From Balanoglossus misakiensis (taxonomy: Eukaryota > Animalia > Hemichordata): 64,000 nucleotides of DNA. Within the stretch, counting starts at the first letter, position 1, and each line of letters begins with the position of its first letter. The stretch lies in the NCBI GenBank assembly GCA_040954595.2, contig CM082591.2:10557309-10621308 (forward strand), in the 5' to 3' direction. The notes below the pieces were generated by a model. The model did no database searches, was not told the DNA's origin, and saw only the letters and a program-made list of their open reading frames with translations. Positions 1 to 12,959 of the stretch are shown here, one piece after another. The position numbers and the translations under genes were made by a program.

Positions 1-1600
1 CATCACAACAGAATTTTTATAAACAAACGAGGCTGTGTTTGGAAGCAACCATGGAAACTTTAGAACTATCCGTCGATCTACAGAGTCTAGTGGAAAACTT
101 TCTTATCCTCATAGGCCTATCATGTGTTTTGCGCATCACAACATAATTTTGTAAATAAACGAGGGTGTGTTTGGAAGCAACCATGGAAACTTTAGAACTA
201 TCCGTCGATCTACAGAGTGTAGTGGAAAACTTTCTTATGCGCATAGACCTATCATGTGTTCTGAGCATCACAACAGAATTTTGTAAACAAACGAGGCTGT
301 GTTTAAAAGCAACCATGGAAACTTTAGAACTATCCGTCGATCTACAGAATCTAGTGGAAAACTTTCTTATGCGCATAGACCTATCATGTGTTGTGCGCAT
401 CACAACAGAATTTTGTAAACAAACGAGACTGTGTTTGGAAGCAACCATGGAAACTTTAGAACTATCCGTCGTTCTACAGAGTCTAGAGGAAAACTTTCTT
501 ATCCTCATAGGCCTATCATGTGTTCTGCGCATCACAACAGAATTTTGTAAACAAACGAGGCTGTGTTTGGAAGCAACCATGGAAACTTTAGAACTATCCG
601 TCGATCTACAGAGTCCAGTGGAAAACTTTCTTATCCTCATAGGCCTATCATGTGTTCTGCGCATCACAACAGAATTTTGTAAACAAACGAGGCTGTGTTT
701 GGAAGCAACAATGGAAACTTTAGAACTATCCGTCGATCTACAGAGTCTAGTGGAAAACTTTCTTATCCTCATAGGCCTATCATGTGTTCTGCGCATCACA
801 ACAGAATTTTGTAAACAAACGAGGCTGTGTTTGGAAGCAACCATGGAAACTTTAGAACTATCCGTCGATCTACAGAGTCTAGTGGAAAACTTTTTAATCC
901 TCATAGGCCTATCATGTGTTCTGCGCATCACAACAGAATTTTGTAAACAAACGAGGCTGTGTTTGGAAGCAACCATGGAAACTTTAGAACTATCCGTCGA
1001 TCTACAGAGTCTAGTGGAAAACTTTTTAATCCTCATAGGCCTATCATGTGTTCTGCGCATCACAACATAATTTTGTAAACAAACGAGGCTGTGTTTGGAA
1101 GCAACCATGGAAACTTTAGAACTATCCGTCGATCTACAGAGTCTAGTGGAAAACTTTTTAATCCTCATAGGCCTATCATGTGTTCTGCGCATCACAACAT
1201 AATTTTGTAAACAAACGAGGCTGTGTTTGGAAGCAACCATGGAAACTTTAGAACTATCCGTCGATCTACAGAGTCTAGTGGAAAACTTTTTTATCCTCAT
1301 AGGCCTATCATGTGTTCTGCGCATCACAACAGAATTTTTATAAACAAACAAGGCTGTGTTTGGAAGCAACCATGGAAACTTTAGAACTATCCGTCGATCT
1401 ACAGAGTCTAGTGGAAAACTTTCTTATCCTAATAGGTCTATCATGTGTTTTGCGCATCACAGCAGAATTTTGTAAATAAACGAGGGTGTGTTTGGATGCA
1501 ACCATGGAAACTTTAGAACTATCCGTCGATCTACAGAGTGTAGTGGAAAACTTTCTTATGCGCATAGACCTATCATGTGTTCTGCGCATCACAACAGAAT
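1..1600. repeat. Local duplication at 10-monomer offset (1321 bp)
   Basis: A 133-bp monomer (GAATTTTTATAAAC, +1 bp) occurs at ~11 and ~1332, each followed by a GTAAATAAACGAGGGTG / GAGTGTAG monomer. ORF offsets 17->1338 and 165->1486 = 1321 = 10x132+1. Confidence 0.75.
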
Positions 1601-1799
1601 TTTGTAAACAAATGAGGCTGTGTTTGGAAGCAACCATGGAAACTTTAGAACTATCCGTCGATCTACAGTCTAGTGGAAAACTATCTTATCCTCATAGGCC
1701 TATCATGTGTTCTGCGCATCACAACAGGATTTTGTAAACAAACTAGGCTGTGTTTGGAAGCAACCATGGAAACTTTAGAACTATCCGTCGATCTACAGA

Positions 1800-4700
1800 G
1801 TCTAGTGGAAAACTTTCTTATGCGCATAGACCTATCATGTGTTCTGCGCATCACAACAGAATTTTGTAAACAAACGAGGCTGTGTTTGGAAGCAACCATG
1901 GAAACTTAAGAACTATCCGTCGATCTACAGTCTAGTGGAAAACTTTCTTATCCTCATAGGCCTATCATGTGTTCTGCGCATCACAACAGAATTTTGTAAA
2001 CAAACTAGGCTGTGTTTGGAAGCAACCATGGAAACTTTAGAACTATCCGTCGATCTACAGAGTCTAGTGGAAAACTTTCTTATGCGCATAGACCTATCAT
2101 GTGTTCTGCGCATCACAACAGAATTTTGTAAACAAACGAGGCTGTGTTTGGAAGCAACCATGGAAACTTAAGAACTATCCGTCGATCTACAGAGTCTAGA
2201 GGAAAACTTTCTTATCCTCATAGACCTATCATGTGTTCTGCGCATCACAACAGAATTTTGTAAACAAACGAGGCTGTGTTTGGAAGCAACCATGGAAACT
2301 TTAGAACTATCCGTTGATCTACAGAGTCTAGTGGAAAACTTTCTTATGCGCATAGACCTATCAGGTGTTCTGCGCATCACAACAGAATTTTGTAAACAAA
2401 CGAGGCTGTGTTTGGAAGCAACCATGGAAACTTTAGAACTATCCGTCGATCTACAGAGTCTAGTGGAAAACTTTCTTATGCGCATAGGCCTATCATGTGT
2501 TCTGCGCATCACAACATAATTTTGTAAACAAACGAGGCTGTGTTTGGAAGCAACCATGGAAACTTTAGAACTATCCGTCGTTCTACAGAGTCTAGAGGAA
2601 AACTTTCTTATCCTCATAGGCCTATCATGTGTTCTGCGCATCACAACAGAATTTTGTAAACAAACTAGGCTGTGTTTGGAAGCAACCATGGAAACTTTAG
2701 AACTATCCGTCGATCTACAGAGTCTAGTGGAAAACTTTCTTATGCGCATAGACCTATCATGTGTTCTGCGCATCACAACAGAATTTTGTAAACAAACGAG
2801 GCTGTGTTTGGAAGCAACCATGGAAACTTAAGAACTATCCGTCGATCTACAGAGTCTAGAGGAAAACTTTCTTATCCTCATAGACCTATCATGTGTTCTG
2901 CGCATCACAACAGAATTTTGTAAACAAACGAGGCTGTGTTTGGAAGCAACCATGGAAACTTTAGAACTATCCGTTGATCTACAGAGTCTAGTGGAAAACT
3001 TTCTTATGCGCATAGACCTATCATGTGTTCTGCGCATCACAACAGAATTTTGTAAACAAACTAGGCTGTGTTTGGAAGCAACCATGGAAACTTTAGAACT
3101 ATCCGTCGATCTACAGTCTAGTGGAAAACTATCTTATCCTCATAGGCCTATCATGTGTTCTGCGCATCACAACAGAATTTTGTAAACAAACGAGGCTGTG
3201 TTTGGAAGCAACCATGGAAACTTAAGAACTATCCGTCGATCTACAGTCTAGTGGAAAACTTTCTTATCCTAATAGGTCTATCATGTGTTTTGCGCATCAC
3301 AGCAGAATTTTGTAAATAAACGAGGGTGTGTTTGGAAGCAACCATGGAAACTTAAGAACTATCCGTCGATCTACAGTCTAGTGGAAAACTTTCTTATCCT
3401 CATAGGCCTATCATGTGTTCTGCGCATCACAACAGAATTTTGTAAACAAACTAGGCTGTGTTTGGAAGCAACCATGGAAACTTTAGAACTATCCGTCGAT
3501 CTACAGAGTCTAGTGGAAAACTTTCTTATGCGCATAGACCTATCATGTGTTCTGCGCATCACAACAGAATTTTGTAAACAAACGAGGCTGTGTTTGGAAG
3601 CAACCATGGAAACTTAAGAACTATCCGTCGATCTACAGAGTCTAGAGGAAAACTTTCTTATCCTCATAGACCTATCATGTGTTCTGCGCATCACAACAGA
3701 ATTTTGTAAACAAACGAGGCTGTGTTTGGAAGCAACCATGGAAACTTTAGAACTATCCGTTGATCTACAGAGTCTAGTGGAAAACTTTCTTATGCGCATA
3801 GACCTATCAGGTGTTCTGCGCATCACAACAGAATTTTGTAAACAAACGAGGCTGTGTTTGGAAGCAACCATGGAAACTTTAGAACTATCCGTCGATCTAC
3901 AGAGTCTAGTGGAAAACTTTCTTATGCGCATAGGCCTATCATGTGTTCTGCGCATCACAACATAATTTTGTAAACAAACGAGGCTGTGTTTGGAAGCAAC
4001 CATGGAAACTTTAGAACTATCCGTCGTTCTACAGAGTCTAGAGGAAAACTTTCTTATCCTCATAGGCCTATCATGTGTTCTGCGCATCACAACAGAATTT
4101 TGTAAACAAACTAGGCTGTGTTTGGAAGCAACCATGGAAACTTTAGAACTATCCGTCGATCTACAGAGTCTAGTGGAAAACTTTCTTATGCGCATAGACC
4201 TATCATGTGTTCTGCGCATCACAACAGAATTTTGTAAACAAACGAGGCTGTGTTTGGAAGCAACCATGGAAACTTAAGAACTATCCGTCGATCTACAGAG
4301 TCTAGAGGAAAACTTTCTTATCCTCATAGACCTATCATGTGTTCTGCGCATCACAACAGAATTTTGTAAACAAACGAGGCTGTGTTTGGAAGCAACCATG
4401 GAAACTTTAGAACTATCCGTTGATCTACAGAGTCTAGTGGAAAACTTTCTTATGCGCATAGACCTATCAGGTGTTCTGCGCATCACAACAGAATTTTGTA
4501 AACAAACGAGGCTGTGTTTGGAAGCAACCATGGAAACTTTAGAACTATCCGTCGATCTACAGAGTCTAGTGGAAAACTTTCTTATGCGCATAGGCCTATC
4601 ATGTGTTCTGCGCATCACAACATAATTTTGTAAACAAACGAGGCTGTGTTTGGAAGCAACCATGGAAACTTTAGAACTATCCGTCGATCTACAGAGTCTA

Positions 4701-7150
4701 GTGGAAAACTTTCTTATCCTCATAGGCCTATCATGTGTTCTGCGCATCACAACAGAATTTTGTAAACAAACGAGGCTGTGTTTGGAAGCAACCATGGAAA
4801 CTTAAGAACTATCCGTCGATCTACAGTCTAGTGGAAAACTATCTTATCCTCATAGGCCTATCATGTGTTCTGCGCATCACAACAGAATTTTGTAAACAAA
4901 CTAGGCTGTGTTTGGAAGCAACCATGGAAACTTTAGAACTATCCGTCGATCTACAGAGTCTAGTGGAAAACTTTCTTATGCGCATAGACCTATCATGTGT
5001 TCTGCGCGTCACAACAGAATTTTGTAAACAAACGAGGCTGTGTTTGGAAGCAACCATGGAAACTTAAGAACTATCCGTCGATCTACAGTCTAGTGGAAAA
5101 CTATCTTATCCTCATAGGCCTATCATGTGTTCTGCGCATCACAACAGAATTTTGTAAACAAACTAGGCTGTGTTTGGAAGCAACCATGGAAACTTTAGAA
5201 CTATCCGTCGATCTACAGAGTCTAGTGGAAAACTTTCTTATGCGCATAGACCTATCATGTGTTCTGCGCATCACAACAGAATTTTGTAAACAAACGAGGC
5301 TGTGTTTGGAAGCAACCATGGAAACTTAAGAACTATCCGTCGATCTACAGTCTAGTGGAAAACTTTCTTATCCTCATAGGCCTATCATGTGTTCTGCGCA
5401 TCACAACAGAATTTTGTAAACAAACTAGGCTGTGTTTGGAAGCAACCATGGAAACTTTAGAACTATCCGTCGATCTACAGAGTCTAGTGGAAAACTTTCT
5501 TATGCGCATAGACCTATCATGTGTTCTGCGCATCACAGCAGAATTTTGTAAACAAACGAGGCTGTGTTTGGAAGCAACCATGGAAACTTTAGAACTATCC
5601 GTTGATCTACAGAGTCTAGTGGAAAACTTTCTTATGCGCATAGACCTATCAGGTGTTCTGCGCATCACAACAGAATTTTGTAAACAAACGAGGCTGTGTT
5701 TGGAAGCAACCATGGAAACTTTAGAACTATCCGTCGATCTACAGAGTCTAGTGGAAAACTTTCTTATGCGCATAGGCCTATCATGTGTTCTGCGCATCAC
5801 AACATAATTTTGTAAACAAACGAGGCTGTGTTTGGAAGCAACCATGGAAACTTTAGAACTATCCGTCGTTCTACAGAGTCTAGAGGAAAACTTTCTTATC
5901 CTCATAGGCCTATCATGTGTTCTGCGCATCACAACAGAATTTTGTAAACAAAGGAGGCTGTGTTTGGAAGCAACCATGGAAACTTTAGAACTATCCGTCG
6001 ATCTACAGAGTCCAGTGGAAAACTTTCTTATCCTCATAGGCCTATCATGTGTTCTGCGCATCACAACAGAATTTTGTAAACAAACGAGGCTGTGTTTGGA
6101 AGCAACAATGGAAACTTTAGAACTATCCGTCGATCTACAGAGTCTAGTGGAAAACTTTCTTATCCTCATAGGCCTATCATGTGTTCTGCGCATCACAACA
6201 GAATTTTGTAAACAAACGAGGCTGTGTTTGGAGGCAACCATGGAAACTTAAGAACTATCCGTCGATCTACAGTCTAGTGGAAAACTATCTTATCCTCATA
6301 GGCCTATCATGTGTTCTGCGCATCACAACAGAATTTTGTAAACAAACTAGGCTGTGTTTGGAAGCAACCATGGAAACTTTAGAACTATCCGTCGATCTAC
6401 AGAGTCTAGTGGAAAACTTTCTTATGCGCATAGACCTATCATGTGTTCTGCGCATCACAACAGAATTTTGTAAACAAACGAGGCTGTGTTTGGAAGCAAC
6501 CATGGAAACTTAAGAACTATCCGTCGATCTACAGTCTAGTGGAAAACTATCTTATCCTCATAGGCCTATCATGTGTTCTGCGCATCACAACAGAATTTTG
6601 TAAACAAACTAGGCTGTGTTTGGAAGCAACCATGGAAACTTTAGAACTATTCGTCGATCTACAGAGTCTAGTGGAAAACTTTCTTATGCGCATAGACCTA
6701 TCATGTGTTCTGCGCATCACAACAGAATTTTGTAAACAAACGAGGCTGTGTTTGGAAGCAACCATGGAAACTTAAGAACTATCCGTCGATCTACAGTCTA
6801 GTGGAAAACTTTCTTATCCTCATAGGCCTATCATGTGTTCTGCGCATCACAACAGAATTTTGTAAACAAACTAGGCTGTGTTTGGAAGCAACCATGGAAA
6901 CTTTAGAACTATCCGTCGATCTACAGAGTCTAGTGGAAAACTTTCTTATGCGCATAGACCTATCATGTGTTATGCGCATCACAACAGAATTTTGTAAACA
7001 AACGAGGCTGTGTTTGGAAGCAACCATGGAAACTTAAGAACTATCCGTCGATCTACAGAGTCTAGAGGAAAACTTTCTTATCCTCATAGACCTATCATGT
7101 GTTCTGCGCATCACAACAGAATTTTGTAAACAAACGAGGCTGTGTTTGGA
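1800..7150. repeat. Higher-order repeat zone: 11-mer (1446 bp) duplications with nested 5-mer (660 bp) and 262-bp dimers
   Basis: ORF offsets 1839->3285, 2168->3614, 4735->6181 and 5259->6705 all = 1446 = 8x132+3x130. Offsets 2168->2828 and 3614->4274 = 660. Confidence 0.8.
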
Positions 7151-10100
7151 AGCAACCATGGAAACTTTAGAACTATCCGTCGATCTACAGAGTCTAGTGG
7201 AAAACTTTCTTATGCGCATAGACCTATCAGGTGTTCTGCGCATCACAACAGAATTTTGTAAACAAACGAGGCTGTGTTTGGAAGCAACCATGGAAACTTT
7301 AGAACTATCCGTCGATCTACAGAGTCCAGTGGAAAACTTTCTTATCCTCATAGACCTATCATGTGTTCTGCGCATCACAACAGAATTTTGTAAACAAACG
7401 AGGCTGTGTTTGGAAGCAACCATGGAAACTTAAGAACTATCCGTCGATCTACAGTCTAGTGGAAAACTATCTTATCCTCATAGGCCTATCATGTGTTCTG
7501 CGCATCACAACAGAATTTTGTAAACAAACTAGGCTGTGTTTGGAAGCAACCATGGAAACTTTAGAACTATCCGTCGATCTACAGAGTCTAGTGGAAAACT
7601 TTCTTATGCGCATAGACCTATCATGTGTTCTGCGCATCACAACAGAATTTTGTAAACAAACGAGGCTGTGTTTGGAAGCAACCATGGAAACTTAAGAACT
7701 ATCCGTCGATCTACAGTCTAGTGGAAAACTTTCTTATCCTCATAGGCCTATCATGTGTTCTGCGCATCACAACAGAATTTTGTAAACAAACTAGGCTGTG
7801 TTTGGAAGCAACCATGGAAACTTTAGAACTATCCGTCGATCTACAGAGTCTAGTGGAAAACTTTCTTATGCGCATAGACCTATCATGTGTTCTGCGCATC
7901 ACAACAGAATTTTGTAAACAAACGAGGCTGTGTTTGGAAGCAACCATGGAAACTTAAGACCTATCCGTCGATCTACAGAGTCTAGAGGAAAACTTTCTTA
8001 TCCTCATAGACCTATCATGTGTTCTGCGCATCACAACAGAATTTTGTAAACAAACGAGGCTGTGTTTGGAAGCAACCATGGAAACTTTAGAACTATCCGT
8101 TGATCTACAGAGTCTAGTGGAAAACTTTCTTATGCGCATAGACCTATCAGGAGTTCTGCGCATCACAACAGAATTTTGTAAACAAACGAGGCTGTGTTTG
8201 GAAGCAACCATGGAAACTTTAGAACTATCCGTCGATCTACAGAGTCTAGTGGAAAACTTTCTTATGCGCATAGGCCTATCATGTGTTCTGCGCATCACAA
8301 CAGAATTTTGTAAACAAACGAGGCTGTGTTTGGAAGCAACCATGGAAACTTTAGAACTATCCGTCGTTCTACAGAGTCTAGAGGAAAACTTTCTTAGACT
8401 CATAGGCCTATCATGTGTTCTGTGCATCACAACAGAATTTTGTAAACAAAGGAGGCTGTGTTTGGAAGCAACCATGGAAACTTTAGAACTATCCGTCGAT
8501 CTACAGAGTCCAGTGGAAAACTTTCTTATCCTCATAGGCCTATCATGTGTTCTGCGCATCACAACATAATTTTGTAAACAAACGAGGCTGTGTTTGGAAG
8601 CAACAATGGAAACTTTAGAACTATCCGTCGATCTACAGAGTCTAGTGGAAAATTTTCTTATCCTCATAGGCCTATAATGTGTTCTGCGCATCACAACAGA
8701 ATTTTGTAAACAAACGAGGCTGTGTTTGGAAGCAACCATGGAAACTTTAGAACTATCCGTCGATCTACAGAGTCTAGTGGAAAACTTTCTTATGCGCATA
8801 GACCTATCAGGTGTTCTGCGCATCACAACAGAATTTTGTAAACAAACGAGGCTGTGTTTGGAAGCAACCATGGAAACTTTAGAACTATCCGTCGATCTAC
8901 AGAGTCTAGTGGAAAACTTTCTTATCCTCATAGGCCTATCATGTGTTCTGCGCATCACAACAGAATTTTGTAAACAAACGAGGCTGTGTTTGGAAGCAAC
9001 CATGGAAACTTTAGAACTATCCGTCGATCTACAGAGTCTAGTGGAAAACTTTCTTATGCGCATAGACCTATCAGGTGTTCTGCGCATCACAACAGAATTT
9101 TGTAAACAAACGAGGCTGTGTTTGGAAGCAACCATGGAAACTTTAGAACTATCCGTCGATCTACAGAGTCTAGTGGAAAACTTTCTGATGCGCATAGACC
9201 TATCATGTGTTCTGCGCATCACAACAGAATTTTGTAAACAAACGAGGCTGTGTTTGGAAGCAACCATGGAAACTTTAGAACTATCCGTCGATCTACAGAG
9301 TCTAGTGGAAAACTTTCTGATGCGCATAGACCTATCATGTGTTCTGCGCATCACAACAGAATTTTGTAAACAAACTAGGCTGTGTTTGGAAGCAACCATG
9401 GAAACTTTAGAACTATCCGTCGATCTACAGAGTCTAGTGGAAAACTTTCTGATGCGCATAGACCTATCATGTGTTCTGCGCATCACAACAGAATTTTGTA
9501 AACAAACGAGGCTGTGTTTGGAAGCAACCATGGAAACTTTAGAACTATCCGTCGTTCTACAGAGTCTAGAGGAAAACTTTCTTATCCTCATAGGCCTATC
9601 ATGTGTTCTGCGCATCACAACAGAATTTTGTAAACAAAGGAGGCTGTGTTTGGAAGCAACCATGGAAACTTTAGAACTATCCGTCGATCTACAGAGTCCA
9701 GTGGAAAACTTTCTTATCCTCATAGGCCTATCATGTGTTCTGCGCATCACAACAGAATTTTGTAAACAAACGAGGCTGTGTTTGGAAGCAACAATGGAAA
9801 CTTTAGAACTATCCGTCGATCTACAGAGTCTAGTGGAAAACTTTCTTATCCTCATAGGCCTATAATGTGTTCTGCGCATCACAACAGAATTTTGTAAACA
9901 AACGAGGCTGTGTTTGGAAGCAACCATGGAAACTTTAGAACTATCCGTCGATCTACAGAGTCTAGTGGAAAACTTTCTTATCCTCATAGGCCTATCATGT
10001 GTTCTGCGCATCACAACAGAATTTTGTAAACAAACGAGGCTGTGTTTGGAAGCAACCATGGAAACTTAAGAACTATCCGTCGATCTACAGAGTCTAGAGG

Positions 10101-11380
10101 AAAACTTTCTTATCCTCATAGACCTATCATGTGTTCTGCGCATCACAACAGAATTTTGTAAACAAACGAGGCTGTGTTTGGAAGCAACCATGGAAACTTT
10201 AGAACTATCCGTCGATCTACAGAGTCTAGTGGAAAACTTTCTTATGCGCATAGACCTATCATGTGTTCTGCGCATCACAACATAATTTTGTAAACAAACG
10301 AGGCTGTGTTTGGAAGCAACCATGGAAACTTTAGAACTATCCGTCGTTCTACAGAGTCTAGAGGAAAACTTTCTTATCCTCATAGGCCTATCATGTGTTC
10401 TGCGCATCACAACAGAATTTTGTAAACAAAGGAGGCTGTGTTTGGAAGCAACCATGGAAACTTTAGAACTATCCGTCGATCTACAGAGTCCAGTGGAAAA
10501 CTTTCTTATGCGCATAGACCTATCATGTGTTCTGCGCATCACAACAGAATTTTGTAAACAAACGAGGCTGTGTTTGGAAGCAACCATGGAAACTTAAGAA
10601 CTATCCGTCGATCTACAGTCTAGTGGAAAACTATCTTATCCTCATAGGCCTATCATGTGTTCTGCGCATCACAACAGAATTTTGTAAACAAACTAGGCTG
10701 TGTTTGGAAGCAACCATGGAAACTTTAGAACTATCCGTCGATCTACAGAGTCTAGTGGAAAACTTTCTTATGCGCATAGACCTATCATGTGTTCTGCGCA
10801 TCACAACAGAATTTTGTAAACAAACGAGGCTGTGTTTGGAAGCAACCATGGAAACTTAAGAACTATCCGTCGATCTACAGTCTAGTGGAAAACTATCTTA
10901 TCCTCATAGGCCTATCATGTGTTCTGCGCATCACAACAGAATTTTGTAAACAAACTAGGCTGTGTTTGGAAGCAACCATGGAAACTTTAGAACTATCCGT
11001 CGATCTACAGAGTCTAGTGGAAAACTTTCTTATGCGCATAGACCTATCATGTGTTCTGCGCATCACAACAGAATTTTGTAAACAAACGAGGCTGTGTTTG
11101 GAAGCAACCATGGAAACTTAAGAACTATCCGTCGATCTACAGTCTAGTGGAAAACTTTCTTATCCTCATAGGCCTATCATGTGTTCTGCGCATCACAACA
11201 GAATTTTGTAAACAAACTAGGCTGTGTTTGGAAGCAACCATGGAAACTTTAGAACAATCCGTCGATCTACAGAGTCTAGTGGAAAACTTTCTTATGCGCA
11301 TAGACCTATCATGTGTTCTGCGCATCACAACAGAATTTTGTAAACAAACGAGGCTGTGTTTGGAAGCAACCATGGAAACT
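4790..11380. repeat. Interspersed runs of 262-bp dimers (130-bp deletion monomer + 132-bp GCG-type monomer)
   Basis: ACTTAAG...CTACAGTCTAG...ACTAGG monomers alternate with GCG-type monomers. Frameshift ORFs at 4735/4997/5259, 6181/6443/6705, 7363/7625 and 10527/10789/11051 are spaced 262 bp apart. Confidence 0.85.
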
Positions 11381-12959
11381 TAAGAACTATCCGTCGATCT
11401 ACAGAGTCTAGAGGAAAACTTTCTTATCCTCATAGACCTATCATGTGTTCTGCGCATCACAACAGAATTTTGTAAACAAACGAGGCTGTGTTTGGAAGCA
11501 ACCATGGAAACTTTAGAACTATCCGTCGATCTACAGAGTCTAGTGGAAAACTTTCTTATGCGCATAGACCTATCATGTGTTCTGCGCATCACAACATAAT
11601 TTTGTAAACAAACGAGGCTGTGTTTGGAAGCAACCATGGAAACTTTAGAACTATCCGTCGTTCTACAGAGTCTAGAGGAAAACTTTCTTATCCTCATAGG
11701 CCTATCATGTGTTCTGCGCATCACAACAGAATTTTGTAAACAAAGGAGGCTGTGTTTGGAAGCAACCATGGAAACTTTAGAACTATCCGTCGATCTACAG
11801 AGTCCAGTGGAAAACTTTCTTATCCTCATAGGCCTATCATGTGTTCTGCGCATCACAACAGAATTTTGTAAACAAACGAGGCTGTGTTTGGAAGCAACCA
11901 TGGAAACTTTAGAACTATCCGTCGATCTACAGAGTCTAGTGGAAAATTTTCTTATCCTCATAGGCCTATCATGTGTTCTGCGCATCACAACAGAATTTTG
12001 TAAACAAACGAGGCTGTGTTTGGAAGCAACCATGGAAACTTTAGAACTATCCGTCGATCTACAGAGTCTAGTGGAAAACTTTCTTATGCGCATAGACCTA
12101 TCAGGTGTTCTGCGCATCACAACAGAATTTTGTAAACAAACGAGGCTGTGTTTGGAAGCAACCATGGAAACTTTAGAACTATCCGTCGATCTACAGAGTC
12201 TAGTGGAAAACTTTCTTATCCTCATAGGCCTATAATGTGTTCTGCGCATCACAACAGAATTTTGTAAACAAACGAGGCTGTGTTTGGAAGCAACCATGGA
12301 AACTTTAGAACTATCCGTCGATCTACAGAGTCTAGTGGAAAACTTTCTTATCCTCATAGGCCTATAATGTGTTCTGCGCATCACAACAGAATTTTGTAAA
12401 CAAACGAGGCTGTGTTTGGAAGCAACCATGGAAACTTTAGAACTATCCGTCGATCTACAGAGTCTAGTGGAAAACTTTCTTATGCGCATAGACCTATCAT
12501 GTGTTCTGCGCATCACAACAGAATTTTGTAAACAAACGAGGCTGTGTTTGGAAGCAACCATGGAAACTTTAGAACTATCCGTCGTTCTACAGAGTCTAGA
12601 GGAAAACTTTCTTATCCTCATAGGCCTATCATGTGTTCTGCGCATCACAACAGAATTTTGTAAACAAAGGAGGCTGTGTTTGGAAGCAACCATGGAAACT
12701 TTAGAACTATCCGTCGATCTACAGAGTCCAGTGGAAAACTTTCTTATCCTCATAGGCCTATCATGTGTTCTGCGCATCACAACAGAATTTTGTAAACAAA
12801 CGAGGCTGTGTTTGGAAGCAACAATGGAAACTTTAGAACTATCCGTCGATCTACAGAGTCTAGTGGAAAACTTTCTTATCCTCATAGGCCTATCATGTGT
12901 TCTGCACATCACAACAGAATTTTGTAAACAAACGAGGCTGTGTTTGGAAGCAACCATGG

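Noticed and set aside
1-133. CENP-B box or telomeric repeat within the monomer
   Set aside because: The consensus has no TTCG-N4-A-N2-CGGG and no TTAGGG/TTTAGGG/TTAGG repeats on either strand.
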